From: Auanema rhodensis
Taxonomy: Eukaryota; Animalia; Nematoda
DNA length: 64,000 nt
Direction of reading: 5' to 3'
Assembly (NCBI GenBank): GCA_964057225.1
Contig: OZ059898.1
Location: forward strand, 3,472,001-3,536,000
The notes under the pieces are model-generated. The model did no database searches, had not been told where the DNA came from, and saw only the letters and a list, made by a program, of their open reading frames with translations. Below, one piece after another: positions 40,554-47,790 of this stretch (within the stretch, counting starts at the first letter, position 1; each line of letters starts with the position of its first letter). Position numbers and translations under genes: made by a program.

Positions 40554-40604
40554 ATCGAACCGCACGCGCGCAATACAAAAGTTACACTAGATCATTCTAC
40601 TAAA

Positions 40605-41060
40605 ATGTATTCGTCTGAAATAGTATCACTATTGCAATCTGTCCCCAGCACTCGGAAACTATTCCTCGGTGTATATAGCGCTGATACTCTACCCAAAACG
40701 CGTCGTAAAAACTTTGCACTTGTCGTAAATACTGACACACATGATAAGCCAGGCACACATTGGCAGGTCATCTTTGTCCGTAACAAGCAAGCCTATTTTT
40801 TCTGTAGCTTGGGATATAAAATGAACAAGTACATTCAAAATTATCTGGCCAAATATAAAAAGGTAAAAATTAATACTTGCAAACCACAACGTTTAATTGA
40901 ATACACTTGTGGTGGCTATGTGGTATTTGTAATACTAATGTTGTCGGCTGGTAATTCATTTGAAAGCATTTGTTCATTTTTTAAACTATTGAAAAATGAT
41001 GATGTCTTTATTAAAGCGTTTATGCATAAAGTATTCGACTATAAATTGGCTACTATATAA
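40605..41060 (+). CDS. Adenain-like cysteine maturation protease, 151 aa
   Basis: FLGVYSADTLP, VNTD...PGTHW (catalytic His), Q...TCGGY (oxyanion Gln and catalytic Cys); first ATG in the ORF is at 40605. Confidence 0.9.
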   Translation: MYSSEIVSLLQSVPSTRKLFLGVYSADTLPKTRRKNFALVVNTDTHDKPGTHWQVIFVRNKQAYFFCSLGYKMNKYIQNYLAKYKKVKINTCKPQRLIEYTCGGYVVFVILMLSAGNSFESICSFFKLLKNDDVFIKAFMHKVFDYKLATI

Positions 41061-41101
41061 GAAATTTGTCATTAATAACCTGCTACATTACGTGGTCAGT
41101 T

Positions 41102-41272
41102 ATGAATATTCCTTGTCACTGTGAATTATGTGTCAAATACACGTTGGAGCAATCTAAACCAGCGCCTTTATACAGGAGAATGTTGAAATGTATTTCAGTG
41201 CCATTTATTAAAGGTATAGCATTGGGATTGGGCTTTTGTACAACACTAGTCATATTATTGCTCATTATATAA
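41102..41272 (+). CDS. Small tail-anchored membrane protein with CxCxxC motif, 56 aa
   Basis: MNIPCHCELC... followed by a basic linker and a hydrophobic C-terminus FIKGIALGLGFCTTLVILLLII; fills the gap between co-oriented genes. Confidence 0.55.
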   Translation: MNIPCHCELCVKYTLEQSKPAPLYRRMLKCISVPFIKGIALGLGFCTTLVILLLII

Positions 41273-41313
41273 AAGTGGGTTGATTGCGTGTGGTCGTTTT
41301 TCATTTTCCTCTA

Positions 41314-41778
41314 ATGGAACTTTTATGTAACAAATATTGTGGTACATGCAAGGAAATATTTTCTTCAACCAAGCATTTTAGTGATCACGTTTTGAAAAGA
41401 CATGCAGGGATTCAACCCATATGTAACAATTATATCAGCAATGCTGACTTTATTCAAAAATATGGACATTTGGATGGTGTTCGTAGACGTTTGTGCCCTC
41501 ATTGTAGTGAAACTTTTGGAACAAGATTCAATTGTGAGCGTCATATTCGGCGTATTCATAATAATAATGGAACGAATGGTGAAGATGGTGATGGAAATGA
41601 TACCAGCAAACCCTTTGAAAAAGCTGAGGAGTTTGTACATTCAACCCAATCAAAAAGATGCCGCAGCAATAGTGACGGAGAACATTCACAACACGAGCCG
41701 AGCGACAAACAAAACTGCCCTAAACTATCTTTTAAACCTTCGAAAATAAAAATGTGGTATTGTATAACTGTTGAATAA
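41314..41778 (+). CDS. Double C2H2 zinc-finger protein, 154 aa
   Basis: CGTCKEIFSSTKHFSDHVLKRH and CPHCSETFGTRFNCERHIRRIH both fit C-x2-C-x3-F-x8-H-x4-H. Confidence 0.85.
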   Translation: MELLCNKYCGTCKEIFSSTKHFSDHVLKRHAGIQPICNNYISNADFIQKYGHLDGVRRRLCPHCSETFGTRFNCERHIRRIHNNNGTNGEDGDGNDTSKPFEKAEEFVHSTQSKRCRSNSDGEHSQHEPSDKQNCPKLSFKPSKIKMWYCITVE

Positions 41779-41788
41779 AACGTTTATT
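41774..41788. terminator. Back-to-back poly(A) signals for the convergent zinc-finger and penton genes
   Basis: AATAAA(+) at 41774-41779 and AATAAA(-) at 41783-41788, each containing its gene's TAA stop. Confidence 0.55.
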
Positions 41789-42641
41789 TCATATTTTTAA
41801 CATGTAATGTAACAACAGTAGAACCATAATTAAATTGCATAGGACGACCAAATTCATCTAAAATTTCAATACGTATGGTATCGAGTGTTTGTCTAGTGAT
41901 TGGTACATAACGAATAGGATTAAATGTTTTGGCAATCATTTTACCAAATTCAGTAGGAGGTGGTACAGGTAAACATGCAAGTAAATTAGCTTTCACATTA
42001 CCAAGAATGGAATATTCTACAATATCACAATATATATACATTGTATTAATGTTATTTGAAAAATCAATGGGACGCCTGGCTATTATTGTATCGTTGATGT
42101 TTTTATTTTCAAAACCAAGAAAATATGCAAAATCATCACCAAGCGTTGCATTCAACAATAGTCTCTTGCTTGTTACAAACTCTATGCGCTGCAATGTTTT
42201 GTTAAACTGAAATGTGGCGTCTGCGAGCATTTCCTCCACTAGCTTAGCCTCAACCTGGCGATTATTATACCACTTTTTTACATCTTCATCTTTATCTATT
42301 AAACTTTTTATACGTGCTTCTTCCTCAGCTCCAAGAGGCTTTGTATTGTTGGCGATAAATGATTCTCTTCCAGCGTTGATTCCGCGTATTATTTCATCAC
42401 CATTTGCATAGTTGCCTTTAGGCAAGTGTAGAATAAATTTTCTATTGGAAAAACGTAGTGTATAAGATAAATCTTTTTGAACATTTAATATAGAACAAGG
42501 AAAAATGATGTCTGTCAGCCCAATGCAATATCTATTATTGCGTAGCCTTAGTGTTTCAGGTAATCTGGTAAGAAACACTGATGATGTATTACTTTTTTCA
42601 GAGTCAACTGATGATGGAAGAGTAATGTAAAAATCATCCAT
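41784..42641 (-). CDS. Minor capsid / penton protein (Polinton PX type), 285 aa
   Basis: N-terminal FYITLPS...NTSSVFLTRLP...IGLTDIIFP and C-terminal MYIYCDIVE...YVPI...IRIEILDEFG...VVTLH, the usual Polinton penton signatures around a variable insert. Confidence 0.88.
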   Translation of the reverse strand: MDDFYITLPSSVDSEKSNTSSVFLTRLPETLRLRNNRYCIGLTDIIFPCSILNVQKDLSYTLRFSNRKFILHLPKGNYANGDEIIRGINAGRESFIANNTKPLGAEEEARIKSLIDKDEDVKKWYNNRQVEAKLVEEMLADATFQFNKTLQRIEFVTSKRLLLNATLGDDFAYFLGFENKNINDTIIARRPIDFSNNINTMYIYCDIVEYSILGNVKANLLACLPVPPPTEFGKMIAKTFNPIRYVPITRQTLDTIRIEILDEFGRPMQFNYGSTVVTLHVKNMK

Positions 42642-42720
42642 GACAAACCACCACTTGATACGTGTACACTATTGCAAATGAAATCATTTGCATTTTAGGT
42701 ACATTTACGAGTGGTTGATT
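42642..42720. promoter_or_regulatory. Putative bidirectional promoter between penton (-) and ATPase (+)
   Basis: 79-bp divergent gap with the central palindrome TGCAAATGA-AA-TCATTTGCA (42673-42692). Confidence 0.55.
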
Positions 42721-43368
42721 ATGGTTTTCAGCTTCAAACTACCCAGTCAGACAACTGTAATAGGTGCTACCCAATGCGGTAAAACAACCCTCATAAAGCA
42801 CATATGTGAAAATACTGAAAAGTTTTTCAACGTCCCCATTGATAGAATATTCTGGTTCAGTCAATGTGGGTCATCGTCAGGTGTACCAATAAATGATGAG
42901 CGTTTAATAATCATTCAAGGGCCTCCTGATCCTGATTTGATAAAAGAACAAAAGGGAGTAAATACTATACTAGTGCTGGATGATTTGATGAACTTTTTTT
43001 CATCGAATAAAGCAGCAAAGGAATTACTCAACAACATTTTTACAGTATGGGCTCATCACTGGAATTTGGCAGTGTTTAATCTTGTGCAAGCGGCATTTCA
43101 ACTGGACAGGACCAGTCGAATCAATAGTACATATATAATACTGATGAAAAGTCATTCAGATATATTACAAATACGTAATTGTCTGCAGCAATTATTTGGG
43201 CCACGTTTCAAAAATGCTCTAGAGGCGTATGATGATGCAATGTCTACTCCCTATAGTCATTTACTGATTGACAATCATCCTTTAACAAGTGAGAAGCAGC
43301 GTATACTATCTGATATAACAGCGGAGAACCCTATTGTTTATGTTGCCAGAAATGTGTTTAGTGTTTAA
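42721..43368 (+). CDS. Genome-packaging ATPase (A32/FtsK-like), 215 aa
   Basis: Walker A GATQCGKT, Walker B ILVLDDLM, FTVWAHH, SRINSTYIIL, PYSHLLID; first ATG at 42721. Confidence 0.92.
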   Translation: MVFSFKLPSQTTVIGATQCGKTTLIKHICENTEKFFNVPIDRIFWFSQCGSSSGVPINDERLIIIQGPPDPDLIKEQKGVNTILVLDDLMNFFSSNKAAKELLNNIFTVWAHHWNLAVFNLVQAAFQLDRTSRINSTYIILMKSHSDILQIRNCLQQLFGPRFKNALEAYDDAMSTPYSHLLIDNHPLTSEKQRILSDITAENPIVYVARNVFSV

Positions 43369-43380
43369 AGTGCTTGTTCA

Positions 43381-43689
43381 ATGAGTGGTCGTATTTTGTC
43401 AAATTTCAACTTTTTGTCTTCTTGCGCCAAAACTCCTTGTTCTGTTTCCTCATTTTCTTTTGCACAAATTGAAATTATTGTTGAAATTGTATTTAATATT
43501 GTGAAAAATAATAATTTTCTTTTAACTAACAAGGAATATAAAACCCTCTTGCCCATATCTTCATTATTACGTCAAATAGCTTTGATACGCACACCGGAAA
43601 AGGCTAAATCATTATTGGCAACGCTTTCACACAAACAATTGAAAACAATAGTTACATGTGGTATTGCCTATTTTGGTTTTAAATCATGA
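43381..43689 (+). CDS. Small helical Polinton-type protein of unknown function, 102 aa
   Basis: ATG lies 12 nt after the ATPase stop; the IEIIVEIVFNIV...LLRQIA pattern resembles small ORFs I recall downstream of Polinton ATPases; the stop overlaps the next ATG (ATGA). Confidence 0.65.
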   Translation: MSGRILSNFNFLSSCAKTPCSVSSFSFAQIEIIVEIVFNIVKNNNFLLTNKEYKTLLPISSLLRQIALIRTPEKAKSLLATLSHKQLKTIVTCGIAYFGFKS

Positions 43690-44402
43690 AGCTCAACCAT
43701 AAATATCGACTAATTCCTGTCGACGAGGAAACAATTAATATAGACAAGTTTGATGCAGAGCTCAAGCTTTTACGAGAAAATAGAGCTATACCCGACTATA
43801 AAAAGGCTGAACTATACGAAGACTTGATTGCTCGTCTCAAAAACTATAGAGAAAGTATAGATGCGCCCATATCAGTACAAGTGGAAAATGTTGATCCACC
43901 TCTATTGCCAGAATACAAGTTGCCAAGAAAGTATAACAATTTGTGGGAGAAATTTCCAGAGGTGCGCACAAACAAGAATAACCAACTTGTGATTAATAAT
44001 GAGGCTGTACCAAACACGAATATTACAAAAATTTTAGATTTTGTATTGGATAAAACAAAAACGGAGCCCAATGGATTTTCAGTCTTGTCAAAGTTTTTAG
44101 CCAGTAAAGGCGTACCAAGTTCTAACAAGAAACAAACTAGAAGAGAGTCGGCTGACAATGATTCAGTTGACGTTGTAACTAGAGCTGAACCGGCTGTTAC
44201 AGACTTGGACTCTACTATATTACCTAGAACGCCTCGTCATCGTAAAGCTGTTATTCGATATTCACCATCACCGGTTCGTACACTCAAAAGTAAAAGGTCA
44301 AAGACTTTTGATACTGCCGCCGAATCATATTACACACCACAAGAAGGAGACTCACAGAATGGCCAAGGTCGTAAAAGGTTCTACATTAGATTATGGAAAT
44401 GA
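43686..44402 (+). CDS. Polinton-type protein of unknown function (probable virion/core protein), 238 aa
   Basis: YRLIP, PDYKKAELYEDLIARL, QLVINNEAVPNTNITKIL...PNGF motifs, a basic S/T-P-rich tail, and a QNGQG...W C-terminus. Confidence 0.75.
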   Translation: MKLNHKYRLIPVDEETINIDKFDAELKLLRENRAIPDYKKAELYEDLIARLKNYRESIDAPISVQVENVDPPLLPEYKLPRKYNNLWEKFPEVRTNKNNQLVINNEAVPNTNITKILDFVLDKTKTEPNGFSVLSKFLASKGVPSSNKKQTRRESADNDSVDVVTRAEPAVTDLDSTILPRTPRHRKAVIRYSPSPVRTLKSKRSKTFDTAAESYYTPQEGDSQNGQGRKRFYIRLWK

Positions 44403-45426
44403 TATTTTGGCGAGCATTTATTACGATATAAAACACCCAGCTTCATATACATCAGCCAAGAATTTATTATCGCAAGCACGAAAACATGGCATTTCAAAGG
44501 TACAAGTTGATGATTTTTTGCAAGATTCTGAAACTTTTACACGACATAAACCAACCAGAATGCGTATGCAGACTAGAAAGACTAGAGGATGTGGTCGATT
44601 TCTAACAGTGCAAGCAGATTTGGTTGATATGCAAAAATATAAAAAATTAAACGACGGCTATGCTTACATGTTGACCATGATTGATGTTTATACACGCATG
44701 TTATATGTTAGGCCTTTGAAAACTAAAGGTGGTATAGAGGTTGCTAGTGCATTTGAAAGTTTATTCAAGAATTTTATACCAATTCAGTTGATTACTGATA
44801 ATGGCACAGAGTTTTATAATAGTCATTGTGAAAAACTATTCAAAAAGTTTGCCATACTGCACGGATCTACAAGTTCACCACAAAAGGCTGCAATGGTGGA
44901 GCGAGCAAATAGAACTTTAAAAACACGCATGATGAAATATCTCTATTACAAGAATAATCATCGTTGGATTGATATCCTAGATGATTTGGTTGAAGGAATA
45001 AACAAATCTTATAACCGCTCTATAAAAATGCGGCCCATTGATGTTAAAGCAAATATATTCATTGAAGAATATGCACCAGCTGTTAAAAGCCGCTTTAAAA
45101 TTGGTGATACTGTTCGCATAAGCAAAAATAGGCGTACTTTTGAAAAAAGCTACGAGTCTGGATATACAATGGAGCTGTTCACAATTGATGAGGTTGTAAC
45201 CGGAAACCCAACCGTGTATAAACTTGTAGATTATAATGGTGAACGTATAAAGGGAATATTCTACGAACCTGAACTTGTCTTGGCTACTAATAAAAGTAAC
45301 AAGTACTATATAGAAAAAGTTTTAAAAGAGCGTACTCGAAGCGGTAAACGTCAAGTATTTGTAAAATGGAGTGGATATCCCGACAACTTTAATGAATGGA
45401 TAGATGCAGAAAATTTAAATGTATAA
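44359..45426 (+). CDS. Retroviral-like DDE integrase with C-terminal chromodomain (c-integrase), 355 aa
   Basis: IYYDIKHPASY, QADLVDM (D), TDNGTEF (D), VERANRTLK (E); chromodomain YYIEKVL...VFVKWSGYPDNFNEWI. The start codon is uncertain. Confidence 0.95.
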   Translation: MAKVVKGSTLDYGNDILASIYYDIKHPASYTSAKNLLSQARKHGISKVQVDDFLQDSETFTRHKPTRMRMQTRKTRGCGRFLTVQADLVDMQKYKKLNDGYAYMLTMIDVYTRMLYVRPLKTKGGIEVASAFESLFKNFIPIQLITDNGTEFYNSHCEKLFKKFAILHGSTSSPQKAAMVERANRTLKTRMMKYLYYKNNHRWIDILDDLVEGINKSYNRSIKMRPIDVKANIFIEEYAPAVKSRFKIGDTVRISKNRRTFEKSYESGYTMELFTIDEVVTGNPTVYKLVDYNGERIKGIFYEPELVLATNKSNKYYIEKVLKERTRSGKRQVFVKWSGYPDNFNEWIDAENLNV

Positions 45427-45456
45427 TTTTTCAATGTTATAAACAATTGTAATTAT

Positions 45457-45471
45457 AATAAATGATTTATT
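45457..45471. terminator. Paired poly(A) signals between convergent integrase and D-box gene transcripts
   Basis: aataaatgatttatt gives AATAAA on both strands, ~30 nt after the integrase stop. Confidence 0.4.
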
Positions 45472-45721
45472 TGATATATCGCATAATGTAACAATAAAAA
45501 ACCAGCAAAATACAAACAACAATTCAACCTGGAAAAAAAAAATGTAGACTATTCAAATTTTCAAATTCTTACCAGTTGGTTGATCATTCGTCCTCAATTG
45601 ATGAGCCATTGATGGATATTCGCAAGAGCTGGAAAAAAAAAATGTTACGGCTGAGAATATAAAAATGCCACATAACAAAACAAGAATAAAACGCCAATTG
45701 TGCTATTTGTGCTTGTTGTAG

Positions 45722-46308
45722 TCAAAATGAAGGATCAAAGCGGATAAACATGTTCAGGTTGAGTGCTTCTGGACTTAGTTTAAAGTAGAATACATTCTGC
45801 TTATAACCAAAAGTCTTTATAGTAGCCTCATCTGCATATATAACAATATAGCCCATATTGTTCAACAATTGCTTGCACGTCATGGTGTTATAAGAGCGCA
45901 TCTAAAAATAATTATAAAATTGAAAATAAATAAATATGCAAGCTTACATTAATAGAGAACTTTTCGGGCTTATAGTGACGAAATTCCTTCAAAAGACCCA
46001 ACGCATCATTCCTTCCTCTACACTTTATACAGAGGCTGAAACAGTGATACTCGTCTATAACCTGCAATGATTCCCTACAAGTTTTGCAGAGACAAATTGG
46101 TCTCATTAATACACTCCTTGGTGGAGTGCTCTCTCTCAGAATCTCCATCTGCTTTATTGGTGAATCTAAATTAAAGATTTAAAAAATACAAGTTAAGGTT
46201 CATACCAAAACTTGTAAAATTTGGTGCTGGTGTGGGTGGTCGTGGTACTTCAGGTTCAGGCGATTTGCGCACCACATTTGTCACATCAGCAAGTACAGCA
46301 CGCTTCAT
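45722..46308 (-). CDS. Spliced accessory gene, 166 aa: D-box + CDK sites + Cys/His cluster. Exons 46308-46206, 46165-45948, 45901-45722
   Basis: Introns of 40 nt (GTATG..TTTAG) and 46 nt (GTAAG..TTTAG) join one 501-nt frame: MKRAVLADVTNVVRKSPEPEVPRPPTPAPNFTSFDSPIKQMEILRESTPPRSVLMRPICLCKTCRESLQVIDEYHCFSLCIKCRGRND...IRFDPSF. The ORF track shows only the middle exon. Confidence 0.75.
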
Positions 46309-46429
46309 TTCCGCTAAAGATCCAACTTTCTAAAATATAAGGCAAACTTGCAGAGAGGAGCAGTCTATGGCGATTGGCAAAGAGTGGCAGGAGATGGTGA
46401 AACGTCGGATCCTCGGATAGTTGGCAGAG

Positions 46430-46467
46430 CTGAAATGTAAATGTAGCAAAATTGCCAACCTTTTATA
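46430..46467 (-). promoter_or_regulatory. Candidate TATA box (TATAAAA, 46467-46461) and downstream TTTCAG initiator/acceptor for the D-box gene
   Basis: TATAAAA lies ~30 nt upstream of CATTTCAGCT on the minus strand and ~150 nt upstream of the ATG. Confidence 0.4.
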
Positions 46468-46942
46468 CAAAGATTTTTGTAAAGTACAACCCATTGTGTT
46501 ACAATCAAGTTTGCTGATGAAATTCTCTTATTAATTAGATTTTACAGCATATTTATGCAGATATACTCATCTTATCGACAGTTGCCAGCAGTTGGCGCAC
46601 TCTGAACCTGTAAACAATCTGCATATTAATTAGTTTTTACATCTCTTTAAACATTATTGTTTACCGTTTGTGCCATAAACAACAGCCATCTCTGTAAAAC
46701 ATTTAGGCTTTTTAAACTTTGCTTAATAACTCATATATTATTCATAGTATACTTTTACACCCATATTGTACCACAAAACATATGACTGCCAACGTTTTAT
46801 ATGTGAAAAATATTTCATTCTTTAATATTTAATAATGATTATATTACGAAACTAAAACTTTTGAAATGTTAAAATGATTATACTATATTTAAACCCCCAC
46901 AGTGCAGTTATTACTGTTTATTAACCATCGATATGCGTGGCG

Positions 46943-47784
46943 TTGAGGTCAGCGCAACTGTTTGCTAATCTTATTGTATTTACCTTCAATGTGTGCTCTA
47001 TTTAGTTATTGTATTGTTATATTAGTAAAATAAAGTTTAAAACTAATCTTTTATTATAATTTGAACCTTTTACTTGTTAGAATAAATATAATTAATAACA
47101 ATTTGTAATTTCAAAAATTAATAATTTAATGTCGTTCTTATCGAATTAACTTTCGATATGTGTTCCATTAAATTTTGGTATTTTATATCGTTCTTATCGA
47201 ATTAACCTTCGATATGTGTTCCATTGAATTTTGTATTTCATATCGTTCTTATCGAATTAACCTTCGATATGTGTTCCATTGAACTACCCGTAACAAGTAC
47301 GGTGAACAAAACGATATACATGCAAAAATTTTACTGTTCTTTAAAATAAAAACAATACAAACACAATACAATAAAAAATAAACAAAATAAGTAAACAAAC
47401 ATTATTAATAAATTTAATAAATAAATAAAATTTAAAAAACAAATTTACATATTTAAATATTTAAATATTTAAAATTTATAATTTTTATTTTTACTTAATA
47501 TATTTAAAAATAATTAAAACTATATACATACATTTGAATAAACAAATTTAAAATTTGATTTAAAAAAAAAAAAAATCATGCTTTAAATCATGATTTTTAA
47601 ATTTAAAAAAGGAAAATCCATGAACCATGATCCCAAAATATGATTTTAACAGCTGACGCTCAAAAATATGTTTTTGACAGCTGACGCGCCCCAAAAGTAT
47701 GTTTTTAGCAGCTGACGCCCCCAAAAGTATGTTTTTGACAGCTGTTTGGGGGCGTGGTTAGTAAATTTTGCACGGCTCTCTACT
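46943..47784 (-). repeat. Right terminal inverted repeat (~842 bp)
   Basis: Starts ttgaggtcagcgcaactg and ends cacggctctctact; reverse complement of 32401-33240. Confidence 0.96.
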
Positions 47785-47790
47785 ATCGTC
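47785..47790 (+). repeat. Target-site duplication, right copy (ATCGTC)
   Basis: ATCGTC directly follows ...ggctctctact. Confidence 0.96.

Larger units (their letters stand above)
32401..47784. mobile_element. Maverick/Polinton (virus-like self-synthesizing DNA transposon), full length, 15,384 bp
   Basis: Long TIRs with AGTAG.../...CTACT ends, a 6-bp TSD, and the hallmark gene set: pPolB, retroviral-like integrase, adenain-like protease, packaging ATPase, major and minor capsid proteins. Confidence 0.98.

Noticed and set aside
40107-44158. Antisense or alternate-frame ORFs in the structural block (e.g. 40107, 40153, 41365, 41402, 41929, 42214, 43365, 43844)
   Set aside because: Essentially nested on better-supported genes. 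41402-41749 is hydrophobic and could be an overprinted membrane protein, but nothing else supports it.
46560-46695. Possible additional minus-strand mini-exons upstream of the D-box gene
   Set aside because: Plausible splice sites exist, but joining them gives only peptides of about 21 aa or less; at most a 5'-UTR or uORF.
32401-47784. Envelope glycoprotein/fusogen or toxin-antidote cargo as described for some nematode Mavericks
   Set aside because: No ORF or exon set with a signal peptide and large ectodomain, and no unassigned space large enough to hold one.
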